A DNA stretch of 64,000 bases from the NCBI RefSeq assembly GCF_006345805.1, contig NC_043003.1, positions 21,266,001 to 21,330,000 of the forward strand, in the 5' to 3' direction. Below the pieces are notes generated by a model. It ran no database searches. It was not told the DNA's origin and was given only the letters and a program-made list of their open reading frames with translations. Positions 27,461-41,262 of this stretch are shown one piece after another; the stretch's first letter is position 1; each line of letters starts with the position of its first letter. This DNA is from Octopus sinensis (Eukaryota). The translations under genes and the position numbers were made by a program.

Positions 27461-28087
27461 TACACACAAACACATGGTGGACTTCTTTCAGTTTCCATCT
27501 ACCAAATCTGCCAAAGGGTTTTCTGCAATAGCCCAGAGCTATAGCAGAACACCCTTGCCCAAAATGTAGCACAATGAGATTGAAACCAGAACCATGTGAT
27601 GAGGAAGCAAGCTTTTTACCACACAACCACTGCAAAGGTGAGAGAGGGATCAAATATATAAGGTGAGTGCAGGGAGGTGGATAGGTATATCATGGCTTGG
27701 TTAGGTGGGGCATATTATAAAACCAACATAATGTTTATTTACACAGCTCTCTCATCTACTGAACCGAGCCCACACCTCTCTTGACATACAATTGATGATA
27801 ATGAATAAGTATTAAAGCTTTGGTGGTGGTGGTGGTGGTGGTGGTGGTTGGTACTCATAATGGTGTCAATGGTGTTCATGGTTGTGGCAGTGGTGGTGGT
27901 GGTGGTGGTACTCATAATGGTGTCAGTGGTGTTCATGGTTGTGGCAGTGGTGGTGGTGTTGGTGGGGTGGACATCCAGATAACTTCACTGGATTGACACA
28001 TAACTGATTGGACAAACATAGAATAAATAGCTAAATAAAAGCAAAATGAATACACACACACATGCGTATATTATATTTATATGTATG

Positions 28088-28137
<50 letters not shown>

Positions 28138-28537
28138 GAGAGAGAGTGTGAGAGATAGGCAGATAGATAGATAGATACATGTATATATATATGCACACAC
28201 ACACATATGCATAGATACATACATAAATACGCACACACATGAAATGCATGCATATATACATACATACCTCTGTGTGTGTGTGCACGGAAAACAAAGAGTA
28301 ATATTGTTTTGGATTAAGAGGATAAAACTGCATAAGCAATAATGATTTTTTTACTGCATCCAGCCTCAAGACCTACTCAACACTTCCATGACTGTCAATT
28401 AATGTCGGTTTTATATGTATGTATTCTTAGAGGGTGTGTCCTACACTTATGAATGCCTCTATGTGTAATAATTAGGTGGCTGTATATGTGAAATGAGTTA
28501 GGGAATGTATTTGCATATATAAAATTATATACACATG

Positions 28538-28539
<2 letters not shown>

Positions 28540-28585
<46 letters not shown>

Positions 28586-28847
28586 TAGATAGATATACAC
28601 ACATATATATATATACATACGTGTGTATGTGTGTGTACATCATGTATATATATATGCATGTGTGTGTGTGTGTATGCATATATATATTATATATATATGA
28701 AGATTTTTACATATATATATATATACACTTATATATATATATAATATATATATTATATACACACACACACATATATATATATACACACACACACATATAT
28801 ATATATATTATATACACACACACACATATATATATATATACACACAC

Positions 28848-28878
<31 letters not shown>

Positions 28879-28900
28879 TATATACATAATATACACACAT

Positions 28901-28931
<31 letters not shown>

Positions 28932-28944
28932 CATATATATATAT

Positions 28945-28984
<40 letters not shown>

Positions 28985-29065
28985 ACATATATTATATTTA
29001 TATACATATATATATATATATATATATTATATACATATATATATATATATGTATGCATATATGTA

Positions 29066-29119
<54 letters not shown>

Positions 29120-29120
29120 A
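28540..29120. repeat. (TA)n/(CA)n microsatellite
   Basis: Visible directly. Confidence 0.95.
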
Positions 29121-30365
29121 TGTCTGGAGAGAGTCATTCTCTTTTACTGCCTTATTACTTAACACACCCACTGGTTGAATTTCCATTCATTTACTTATTT
29201 TTTTCTATATATGTGCGTGTGTGTGTGTGTATGTATATGTATATCTATATACGCAATGGCACCTTTTCCTATCTTTCAATACTACCCCTCCCCACTCAGT
29301 TGAGGGTTCTTGTACTGCAAGTTACTTTGTGAAATCACTGCTGCTGGTGACCACGTAAAATGCACCGAGTAAACTTTGTAAAGTGGTTGGCATTAGGAAG
29401 GGCATCCAGCTGTAGAAACCATGCCAAGCAAGCTACCTACCACACTGCCACTCCTGCACCTATACCTGCACAAAAATGTTTAAAAAAATAGCAAATAGCA
29501 GAAGTATCAATACAAAATATAGCAGCTAAATTTCCCTCAAATTACATCTTACCATCTTCAACTATGAAAAACGCATTGCACTATATAGTTGCTGATATAT
29601 ACAAAAATGACAAGATGATCACACGAATAAACTTCTAAACTGCAATTTGCTGAAAAGCAATGGAAGATCGCTGAAAGCATCAACAGCAAGAACAAAAACA
29701 ATAACAACAACAACAGGACAGTCTGGTAATATTTTTGTCCAATCCATTGTATAGTTTATTGCAACTAGAGCGTAATGTCAAGCAAACTGGGTGCAGCTAG
29801 CAAAAATAGATGGCTTTTGTTGTGCTGACTACAGGTTGTCTAATTGTAGCAAATCCAGAACTCAGCACATGGTTTTTTTTTTCTATATGCCTCCCGGCTG
29901 TTAGACAATGTAAGAAACTCTAGGCAAAGAAAAAAAATAAAAATGACAAAAATTTGGCTTCATTAAAAGGGAGAAATAGGCAGGAAAATTGTTCAGATCA
30001 ATAAGACGAGCTGTGCCATTTAATAATATAGCTTGGGAGAGAGAGAAAGAGAAATACAAAGGGAGAACCTGCTCACAACAGAATCGAATTGTCCAGGCTG
30101 GTTAGGGTGGAGAGCAGCTAGAAAATGAGTGAAAGAATCAAAGACAAACAAAAACATATATTGCTAAACAGAGATGAAAGCATCCAGTGTAGCTTGTAAA
30201 TCCGTCTTTTCTTTGTCTTCTTTGTGTTTTTTGCTGTTGAAATTTCCGTGTGTCATTTTAAATGTGTGTGTGTGTTTATTTATATATATATACACACACA
30301 CACAAATATATACAAATACATATACACACATAGATAAGCATACATATATATATAGATGATGATGA

Positions 30366-30415
<50 letters not shown>

Positions 30416-31936
30416 GTATGTATATATATGTATATATATAAATATATGTATATATATATATTTGCATACATATTTATATAAAGATTCATATATATATATA
30501 TATATTCACACACACACACACATATATATATATATACACACACACACATACACCTATACATATATACACACATATGTATAGATATTCATATTCTCTCTCA
30601 CACACATATATATTATGTATGTATGGATATGGATATATGTGTATGCATATGTGTATGTGTGTGTGTTTGTGTGTGTATGCATATACATGCATATATATAT
30701 AAGTGTATACAGACACATACACAAATACACTCACACACTCACACACACACACACACACAATGTACACTGCTTATCTCTTTTATTATCTTCTCTTGCCTTC
30801 AACTACTTTTCTCAGTTGGTTTGCTTAGTTTTACATGCTTGGGCAGCTTCTGTTTTAGACCTTCTTCATTTCTTCATTACTCTGTTTAAAAAGATGCTGT
30901 GAAATACACGAGAAGCAGGGAGGGGCACAGAATACATTCATTTGCTGCAGAGTTGATGTTTTTGCTTCATCTATGGATGTGCAGTTAGCCAAATTTCAAT
31001 TAGACTGCATTCTAATTCTGCTCCACTTCTGCATCATCTTAATCATTGCCATCACTGTCAGCAACACTACTGGGTGTTACCTGATGAGTATGGTTATTGC
31101 TTGTTGAAAATTGTTATTTTTGTTGTTATTATTAAGGCAGTGAATAGTAGAATCCTTAACACACTGGACAGAATGCTTAGCAGCATTTCTCCCAGCTTTG
31201 TGTTCTGAGTTCAAATGCCACCGAAGTTGTCCTTGCATTTATGTTTTATCCTCATCCAGGTCACACTGTAAAGTAGTTGGTGTTAGGAAGGACATCCAGC
31301 TGTAAAAGCCTTGCTAAAACTGACCTTGCCTGTGTCTGTGCCACATAAAAAGCACTAAGTCCACTCTGTTGGGTGGGTGGGTGGTTGGTGTTAGGAAGGG
31401 TATCTAGCTGTAAATACCTTGCCAAAACTGACCTTGCCTGTGCTTGTGCCACATAAAAAGTACTGAGTCCACTATGTTGGGTGGTTGGTGTTAGGAAAAG
31501 CATCCAGCTGTAAAAATCCTGCCAAAACAGTCACAGAAGTCTAGTGCAGGCTTCTGCCTGGATGGCTCCTGTCAAATCATCCCACTCATACCAGCGTGGA
31601 AGGCAGATGTTAAACGATGATGGTCGTGATGATGATGATGATCAATGAAACAAGTACCTATTGAGCACTGGGGTCAGTGTAATCAACTAGCCCCTGCCCT
31701 CAAAATGTCAGGCTTTGTGCCTATAGTAGAAAGGATTACAATCATCAGCAGCATTAGCATACTTATTATCATTAGCCCTAGGTCAACCCTGATCAAGTTA
31801 GTCAACATTACTCTGGAGCATAGGGCTGCAATTATTTCAAGTCACTGGACATGATCTTGGGCTGCCTCCTTGATTTCAGATGAAGGGAGACTGATTGCTT
31901 TCTCTTCATTCTCCATGCATCTTGTAATCAAATCTA

Positions 31937-33327
31937 GGATCTTTGTGGTTATCGTCATTGCATGTTGAAATCTTTGAAAAATATTTTAAGGCATCATATA
32001 GAAGTAATTTTTGATGCTAAATCCAAATTTGTTAATCTATTTATTCCAGAAAGATTTTGTGAAAATGTTACGGGTGTTCAAAGTTTGATAGTTTTCAGAA
32101 TTTTCAACCAATCAGAAAACAGTTTGTTCACTGCCTCTTCTATCATCTGTAACAGTAGCGAGAAAGCAGGGTTACCAGGATGTCAAAACATTAAACTAGC
32201 TACAGTAAACAGTGAAAAACATTAAAAGATCCGTGAGCAAATTAAATATTTAAAAGCTAAGAGTAAACCAACAAGAGTTGCTAGAAATAACAATCAAAAC
32301 ATTGCTTAAAACAGACATTTATTAGTTTAAAAAATTCAAGAACGAAAGTTTGCAAGTCACTCTAAGATTTTATAAAATAAATTATCTTTCACATCTTTCT
32401 CATAGGCACAGGAGTGGCTGTGTGGTAAGTAGCTTGCTTACCAGGCACATGGACCTTGGGCAAGTGTCTTCTACTATAGTCTCAGGCCAGCCAAAGCCTT
32501 GTGAGTGGATTTGATAGACGGAAACTGAAAGAAGCCTGTCATATGTGTGTGTTTGTGTGTCTGTGTTTGTCCCCCAACATTGCTTGACAACCAATGCTGG
32601 TATGTTTATGTCCCCATGGCTCAGCAGTTTGGCAAAAGAGGCTGATAGAATAAGTACTAGGCTTACAAAGAATACGTCCTGGGGTCGATTTGCTCAACTA
32701 AAGGCAATGCTCCATCATGGCCACAGTCAAATGACTGGAACAAGTAAAAGAATAAAAGAACATCTCCTTCTCCACATAAATTCACAAAGATAAGAGTCAA
32801 CCATGAAACATTGTGTCCCACACCAGCGTTTGTTTCCACGCTTTAAGGATGCCCAGGTACTCTCAGTTTATTGAGTGTGAGTCCCATTTTTTGAGTCAAT
32901 GCTATGGTTCACAGTTTTGTTTGAAACCATAGCCCATGATTTTTGGGATATGATTATAAGCTCGCCACAGGCCACTGAAGAGAGTGGTTCCTGGAAGAAC
33001 TGAGTGTCAGATGCAGTCCTTGTTTACACTCCTTGTGTTCATGCGCAGCATCTTTGATTACTATGGAAACAGAGTTCTTCGCAATCAGCTATGGAACACA
33101 TGGTGCTTCTCTGCTTACCATGCTAACAGAACTGCACAATGATGTGTAAAATACTCGCTTCTGATTGGCTAAAATACCCAAATTTTGCAAATTTTAAAGG
33201 CAAAATAACATTTTAATTATGTATTTATAGGAAAAATGATTACAAAACTTAATTTATATACCAAATTTGAAAACAATTGGAACAAAATTGTAGACAGTGA
33301 AGGCAGTGATGATAACCACAAAGATCC
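31937..33327 (-). mobile_element. Merlin (IS1595/IS1016-like DDE) DNA transposon, internally decayed, with TIRs and TSD; interrupted by a SINE
   Basis: TIR GGATCTTTGTGGTTATCGTCATTGC (31937-31961) versus the inverted copy at 33303-33327 (23/25 match). Perfect 8-bp TSD CAAATCTA (31929-31936, 33328-33335). Minus-strand remnant VLPGTTLFSGLWRAYNHIPKIMGYGFK/TVNHSIDSKNGTHTQ*TESTWASLKR...VDSYLCEFMWRRR (~33000-32762). Confidence 0.88.
32403..32760 (+). mobile_element. tRNA-derived SINE family A, near full length, inside the Merlin element
   Basis: Head GGCACAGGAGTGGCTGTGTGGTAAG, central CCTTGGGCAAGTGTCTTCTACTATAG, internal (TG)n, tail GACTGGAACAAGTAAAAGA. Confidence 0.8.
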
Positions 33328-33645
33328 CAAATCTATTTCTGCCTTGCCCATCCAGCCTACTTTGAGAGTTACCTTTACTACATTATCTAATACGTGTTTA
33401 TTCCTTTATAAGATGACAGTGTGTAATTTGAGAGAGATTTGGCTGTCTTTTCTGGTAGGGCAAATGACCACATAGAAGCTCCCTCAGTTGTTTATATTTT
33501 CATATGCAGATCATCTCTGCTTCTTGTTTATCCCCCAAGTCAGTCCTGATTGAACAGACCTATGACTGAGGGCTTTCCAGATATGACCATCTTCTGTTTA
33601 AGTATCCAAGACTGCATTATCCAATGTACCTTTATTTTTTTGTCA

Positions 33646-33865
33646 CCCTTTAGCATTTAAACCAGCCATATCTGGCCCAAATATTCCATCCACTCTATGT
33701 TCAGACTGGCCAAGTCTGGCCTCTCATACCTAGCCTGTAATGTCATTTTAAAAATAAACAGTCACATCTTTGAAATCTCAAAGCTATGAGACAATGCATG
33801 ATGAATTTTTAAAAATGGGAATAAATAAGTATTACATTTGACAAAATAATCTTGATGCTAAACAG
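33646..33865. mobile_element. piggyBac-like MITE, copy 1
   Basis: CCCTTTAGCATTT...ATGCTAAACAG|TTAA; internal sequence shared with the copies at 53546 and 60364. Confidence 0.6.
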
Positions 33866-34005
33866 TTAAGACTGTCAGGTATGATTTAAATGAGCTTTAC
33901 TCATTTTTTTTGCAGGTCTAGCAGCTGCATATAGTCTGTCTTGATTCATCATCCTTCCTTTAGCAGAAATTTAACAATTAAGTATTTCCAATTAAAATAC
34001 AGAGA

Positions 34006-34429
34006 ATTAATAGTTATCACCATGCTAACATGGCAGTCCAGGAAAATAGGACGAATGCTGCCGTTGATTATTAATATCCAGTACCTTTAGAGAGATTTAG
34101 AAATAATAATATTTCTATTTTTGAAAACCAGTGGATGTATTCCACTGAATTTAGGTAAATAATCCTTCGAACAGACGGTCAGCAGCAATGCCTGCTGTGT
34201 TCGGCTGCTCTATATTGATAAGGGGCAAATACCCCAAAACTAGTCTGTAGATGCCAGATCAGCAAGGGGAAGTGGCTGACCTCCCCTGTTTGAAGGTTAT
34301 AATGGACACAGGTTCGTGTGTCACATAGCTAGCTAGAGGTGATGGCCTCTTGGAGCTAATCAACGGCAGCATTCGTCCCGTTTTCCTGGACTGCCATGTT
34401 AGCTTGGCAATAACTATTAATATCCAGTA
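34006..34429. repeat. Foldback: 65-bp inverted arms around a decayed hammerhead motif (34210-34250)
   Basis: 34006-34070 versus 34357-34421 (5 mismatches). CTATA TTGATAA GGGG CAAATA CCCC AAAA CTAG TC TGTAG. Direct repeat TATTAATATCCAGTA at 34069-34083 and 34415-34429. Confidence 0.7.
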
Positions 34430-35137
34430 TTTCTATTATAGAGAGAAATGTTTTAGTCTTACAGGGTAAAAGACGATAATGTGTATTTCCCTTTATTAAG
34501 CTGGCAGGGTGTGATTATATAAGGTGTTTTAGCTGCTATTTCTGTAGGAAGTAGCCGCCAAATCTCCTTTAAAGTGATCAAATAGAATCTTCCATCTTTA
34601 TTCATAGTAGGGAGTCTGTTCAGGATGAATAACTTTCTCAGTTCTCACAAGGCAAGGGGTTTGCTACTCATCCATTTTCTTCTTGTTTCATAAATGTAAC
34701 ATGATTTTCCTTAATTGTTTTTTTCTTTTCAGTTTTTGTCTATTACAAACTCCCTCTAAGTATTTCCTGTCCCACAGGAAAAGAATCTCTGAAAAGAGAC
34801 ATCTGTTCTCCTGTAGCAATATCATTTATATGTACAATGAATAACTAGACAAACAGATTTGTGGATAAATAAATGAATAGATCAAGAGATTGTGTTTGTG
34901 ATTTACAAACACACACAGCTGGAAACTTGGGTTAGATTTGTTAATGGCAGTCCAATGGTGAAAGCACTGGCACCTGGAATTTAAGCTGTTAATAATTAAA
35001 GAGAGAATAAATAGGTCTTAATAGATACAAGTAATTCTCTGATTTGATGCTTTAGAGGGGTTTTTTTTATTTTTTGTTGAATTTTTTTCCCTTTTCTTTA
35101 CTTATTGGATGGAAGTAGGAAAATGCACAAAGTACCA

Positions 35138-35343
35138 CTTACTCTTTTACTTGTTTCAGTCATTTGACTGTGGCCATGCTGGAGTACTGCCTTTAGTCGA
35201 GCAAATCGACTCCAGGACTTATTCTTTATAAGCCTAGTACTTATTCTAGCAGTCTCTTTTGCCGAACCGCTAAGTTACGGGGACGTAAATACACCACCAT
35301 CGGTTGTCAAGCGATGTTGGGGGGGACAAACACAGACACACAA

Positions 35344-35388
<45 letters not shown>

Positions 35389-35550
35389 CATACATATATA
35401 CGGCAGGCTTCTTTCAGTTTCCGTCTACCAAATCCACTCACAAGGCTTTGGTCGGCCCGAGGCTATAGTAGAGGACACTTGCCCAAGGTGCCATGCAGTG
35501 GGACTGAACCCGGAACCATGTGGTACCATACAGCCACTCCTACGCCTACA
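35138..35550 (-). mobile_element. SINE family A, full length
   Basis: Reverse complement of the same head, core and tail. Further family-A copies or fragments at about 255-412, 419-580, 4900-5050, 7470-7630, 10620-11010, 12420-12840, 13930-14040, 17585-17720, 23160-23325, 26405-26520, 40915-41460 and 45710-46100. Confidence 0.8.
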
Positions 35551-36017
35551 CCTACTTAGATGAAAGTTTGTGAATATCTTTTCATTTTTTATTTGTTTCA
35601 GTCATTGCTGGGGCACTGTCTTGCCTTAGAAAATAACCCCAATACTTATTTTTTTGAGTCAAGCCTGATACTCATTCTATTGGTCTCTTTTGCTAAACCA
35701 CCAAGTTATGGGAACATAAACAAACCAACACTGGTTGTCAAGCAGGGCAAAATGTATAAAGTGATGTCAAAAGCCAAAAAGCAAAAACAAGATATTGTAT
35801 TACCTTGCATAGGTATTTTAATGGTTCTTTCATATTTCAGGCAAGATTTCCCTTATCAAATAAATATAGAAATAAAATAATCCAAGAGTTATGATAAAAA
35901 GTGTTTATGATCAGCAGGCCATTCTGGTATGTTGTTTCATGTTTTTTTTAAAAATTATTATTACTCCTGGTAACAGACACCTGAATTATTGGTCAAAGTT
36001 GATAACATGATTAACAT

Positions 36018-36693
36018 AGGCGTATGAGTGGCTGTGTGGTAAGTAGCTTGCTTACCAACCACATGGTTCCAGGTTCAGTCCCACTGCGTGGCAAGTGTCT
36101 TCTACTTTAGCCTCAGGCCAACCAAAGCCTTGTGAGTGGATTTGGTAGACGGAAACTGAAAGAAGCCCGTCGTATATATGTATATGGCACATAAAAAGCA
36201 CCATCCAATCGTGGCCATTGCCAGCCTCGCCTGGCCCCCGTGCCGGTGGCACATAAAAAGCACCATCCAACCGTGGCCGTTTGCCAGCCCCGTCTGGCAC
36301 GTAAAAAGCACCCACTACACTCACAGAGTGGTTGGTATTAGGAAGGGCATCCAGCCATAGAAACATTGCCAGATCAGACTGGGCCTGGTGCAGCCTTCTG
36401 GCCTCCCAGACCCCAGTTGAACCGTCCAACCCATGCTAGCATGGAAAGCGGACACTAAATGATGATGATGATGTATGTGTGTGTGTATATGTTTGTGTGT
36501 CTGTGTTTGTCCCCCGCAACATCGTTTGACAACCGATGCTGGTTTGTTTACATCCCTGTAACTTAGTGGTTTGACAAAAGAGACCAATAGAATAAGTACT
36601 AGGCTTACAAAAAATAAGTCCTGGGTTTGATTTGCTCCACTAAAGGTGGTGCTCCAGCATGGCCACAGTCAAATGACTGAAACAAGTAAAAGA
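36018..36693 (+). mobile_element. SINE family A with a family-D element nested in its central microsatellite (36185-36471)
   Basis: A-head at 36018-36180, then D ending in (GAT)n, then the A 3' half resumes at 36472. Confidence 0.75.
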
Positions 36694-37270
36694 GTGTGTA
36701 CAAACATTACATATGATTCAATTTAGATTATGACATCCCAGCATAAGCTAACAATTTCTCTTCCACTAAGACAATTCAAGGCATACTTTATGGGTTTGAA
36801 TATGATCTGGTATGGTGGTGTCCCCTTGTCAAACTGAATCTTCAACCCAAACCAATTTTGTTATGTTGAGGATATTTCACTTCATTTTATACCACTGATA
36901 CTCTCAAAAAAAAAAGAAAAAGTATAAATGTCACAGTGTCCTATTTTCCCAGACTACATAACTGTTGGTTTTGATCTTGGAGACAGATGGGTGCTGCCAA
37001 GCTTATTCATTTGATATTGTCAGGTTGACATTGTTGTTTGACGTTTTGATATCCAAAACATGCTGTAATATAATTGTTCCATGAACCAATGAAAAAAACT
37101 TTACACAGTTGCTTGACCACTTACAAATTGCTGCCAGATCTCCTCAAATCAGACTCTATAGTCTTGAAAAAGGAAAGACACATTGGACAACATAGTACTA
37201 GATGTAAAAAATGAATAGACATTGCACCTTGGGCAAGTGTCTTCAACTGTAGCCCCAGTCCACCAAAGCC

Positions 37271-37566
37271 TTCTCAACAATTTTTTTTGTCTATGGACAG
37301 CTTCCTTTTATTCTGGTGGACCCCCATAGCCATTCGATGTTTAAAAACTAGTTTCATAGAATTTTTTTTAAAATTCCTATTTTGTTTTTCACACATTAAT
37401 TTGTGTGGATTGAAGTATGTAAAATGTTAGAAAAAGAAACCTGTTTCTTGTAATACATACCAATACATACATCTAAAGCAAATTTTTTTCAGGTGCCCTT
37501 AAAATCCTATTGTTGATCCCCAAATTAATCTTTTGTTGCCATATAGATCTTGGTTGAGAACCGCTG
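37271..37566. mobile_element. hAT (Charlie-like) MITE, left end clipped by a SINE fragment
   Basis: Right end GGTTGAGAACCGCTG (reverse complement CAGCGGTTCTCAACC); the left end retains TTCTCAAC. Confidence 0.55.
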
Positions 37567-37935
37567 ATGTAACTAGTACTTAATTTCCAATACTGGAAAG
37601 ATGAGAGCATATGTCCATCTCAGTGGTATTTGAACTCAGAACAGACGGAGGTGTATCTAAATACTGCAAGGTATTTTGTCTGCTACTATGTTAATCCTGG
37701 CAATTTACTACCCTCGATAATTTATCAATATGATAATTGGATAATTATTGATAAGCTCTGTTTTTTTGTTGTTTTGATCACAATCATTTAATAATTAGTG
37801 ATAATTTCCTTTTAAACAATGTTTTATGAAAATAAGAAAAATAGAAGCATCTTCTACAGTGTTGTAGCTATATGAAAAAATACTACCATGTTTTAAAAAA
37901 AAGCTAAAAGAGTATATAAAAAAGATGATAGATTC

Positions 37936-38740
37936 TTTTTTAAATGCTATTCTGCTGGAACCTATAAAAAGGTGATATAGATCTTAGCTTCAGTTTTTAA
38001 GAGGAGTTAATGTTAATTAAGTGTCTAAGAGTCTGAGATGAACTGTTGACAATAAGATAATTTTTTGCAGTATTAACCTCATCTTTAGAGATAAGAGATG
38101 TTTTAGTTATTTACATCTACATAATGCATGTATCAGTTTGATCTCCTATCATCATCAGGTGTTTTATGCTTAGAAGTGTACTAGTACCAAAATGGATTCA
38201 ACTCTGAATCTTTATCATTATTTTTATTATTTAATCCCAGGTTGAGTTAGGGGACACCCTGATCCTGTCCAGTTAATAGTTTTTGTAATTGTGTGCAAAT
38301 GCAGCAGAATGCACCAGTGTCATTTGGATTGTAAAATTCCAACATCTTAAAGATAATCTCTATTAAGTTCAGTACAATGTCTAGGTTTTAATTTTCTTGT
38401 AATCTATGTTTTGCATGTTGTTTATATTCTGAACCTAACTGCTTTTGAATCGTGATAACTTCGTCAAGAAGTCTTGTATGACACTACAGATGTGTAATTT
38501 TATTTATTAATTGTTTGTTTGCTGAAGTATAGTCAAACTTGGGTCTTCTTCATTCCCTTCATAATTTTCCTTAGGAGGGATTCTGTTATCATTTTTTTTA
38601 AATGCTATTCTGCTGGAACTTCTAAAAAGGTGATATAGATCTTAGCTTCAGTTTTTAAGAGGAGTTAATGTTAATTAAATGTCTAAGAGTCTGAGATGAA
38701 CTGTTGATAATAAGATAATTTTTTGCAGTATTAACCTCAT
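37936..38740 (+). repeat. Local 147-bp direct duplication (37936-38082 copied to 38594-38740)
   Basis: Near-identical copies; the second is bracketed by a 35-bp direct repeat (38560-38594, 38738-38772). Confidence 0.85.
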
Positions 38741-40289
38741 AATTTTCCTTAGGAGGGAATCTGTTATCATTTAGCAAGGATTTAGTGTATTTCCACCCTT
38801 TCTTATTAGAAGTAGATCATTTTCTCTCTTAACCCTCTCCTGGGTTACTTCCTATGGGAAAAAAATGTTGTTTGGTTTGACAAAAATTCTCTACCCTCCA
38901 TTTTTTTGTTTGTGTTTTTTTTTTTTTGTCTTTTCTTTTCATAATTGTGATCAATCTAAAAATTCTATTCAGTCAGTATTGAGGGAAGGTTTACCTTAAC
39001 ACAACTGCTGTATGAGTAGTCTACAGTATTTTAATTCATGTAGGAACCACTAATTCCATTGTTGTTGCTGATACTATCACTATCCTCAAACAAACTTATT
39101 TGAATATTTGGGGTATTTTCTTCTTTTTATTTCACTATACTGTCCATTTTCTCCTTCCTCTTGTACATTCAATCACATTTTTTTGATTTTGTAAGATTGT
39201 TTTTTTTTTTTTTCGTTTTGTTTTGCCATTGTAGTGTTTAGTCTTGTAGCTTAATTATGTGTATCGGTAGCTATTTTGGATGAGAAAATGTAATGTGAGT
39301 AAATAAAATTTTAAAATTTTATAAAGCCAGTTTTTTTTTTTTTTTGTCTAATGTCTAACCACCTCTCCCCTAGATATCGATGTAGGCCTTCCTGAGGCAG
39401 TTATACTTCTTTTTACGTACACTCCAATGAAAATTTCATTTAGTAATGCTTCGATAGAGTGTGTTTCAATGAGGGAAGTAAAATGGCATCGCACTTCCAG
39501 AGTCAAATAATAGCTCAATGGTTTCAGTGTGAAACCCAGTGGAATAAAAATACCTTAATTGAAAAACAAGTAAAGGTTGGCAGCAGGAAATGCACCCAGT
39601 CTGCCTCAGCAATTCCTCATCCAATCCATACCGCTATCGCTTGTGATGGTGATGATGATGGTGGTGAAGGTAGCGTTGGTGGTGATAGTTCCAATGATGG
39701 TGATAGTGGTGAAGGTGGTGATGGTACTGATGATGATGATGACAGTGGTGGTGGTGGTGATGGGGTGATGGTAGTGATGGTAATCATGATGGTGATGACA
39801 GTGATGATAAAGATGGTGGTGGTGATAATGGTGATGACAGTGGTGATCATGGTGGTGGTGGTGGTGGTGGTGGTTGTGATCGTGGTGGTGGTGGAGGTAG
39901 TGATGATTGTGGTGGTGATAATGGTGATAGTGGTGGTGGTGGTGGTAGTATATACATAAATAAATAAAAACAATCAAATATAGAGGTTAAAAAAGAAAAG
40001 GGGAAACAGGAATGAACAAGAAGCATAAAATACAAAAACTGGAGGTGGCGTTTAAAAACGTGAGGAGGAGAATCGGAATAGAGTTTTACCCTGTGGGGAG
40101 TTAACCTAATGTTATATATGTTCCACTGATGCCATTAATACAAAGAATTAATTATTACAAGCAATTAATTATTGATATTAACAATTAATTAATTACATGA
40201 TGCCACTTCTTACAGGTCCGGTCTAGTTTTTGAAACCAGCATAGCTATTCATAGATGTATACGTAGACACAAGATTACTGAGTCATTAG

Positions 40290-40790
40290 TTAACACACAC
40301 ACACACATAGATACATTCATATATACATACATACATATATGTACACACATACATGCATGCACACACAGACTTGTATGTACCTACATACATATATACATAC
40401 ATACATGTACATATGTATGTACATGCATACATACACTTACATATATACGTACATGCATACATACATACATATACATGTACAAACACACATACATATGTAC
40501 TTACATGCATACATACATGTATGTACATACAAACACACATACATACTTGCATGCACACATACACATTTGTACCTACATACATATGTACGTACATGCATGC
40601 ATGCATACATACATACATCATACATTATACATGCATGCATATATACATACATACATACACATACATATGTACATGCATGCATGCAAAAATACATACATAT
40701 ACATGCATACATACATACATACACATACATATGTACGTACATACATACGTACATACCTGCATGCATTCATTCATTCATTCATTCATTCAT
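40290..40790. repeat. (CATA)n/(CATG)n tetranucleotide satellite
   Basis: Visible directly. Confidence 0.9.
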
Positions 40791-41231
40791 TAAAAACCTG
40801 TAAAATTTTCCAGAAGTTTATCATTTAAGTATATATGAACATGTCTAGACATGCAAGTATATGCATCAGAATACATATATATAAAGCAAAAAATACAAAT
40901 CTGCACATATTCTTTAATTCTTTTGTGTCTGTCATTTGACTGCAGCCATGCTGGAGCACCACGTTTTGTCAAACAATTGACTTCAGTTCTTATTCTTTGT
41001 AAGCCTAGTACTTATTCTATCAGTTCCTTTCACTGAACCACCAACATCGGCTGTCAAGCAAAGGTGGGGTGACAAATACAGATACACAAATATATACATG
41101 CATATATATATATATATACACACACACATATATATGTATGTGTATGTATGTGTGTATATATATATATATATATATTATACACATGTATGTATGTATGTAT
41201 ATATATATATATAATATATATATATATATAG

Positions 41232-41262
<31 letters not shown>

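Noticed and set aside
36750-37130. Possible piggyBac or mariner transposase remnant (minus strand KGTPPYQIIFKPIKY)
   Set aside because: Only a vague resemblance to one motif; flanking catalytic motifs and TIRs not found.
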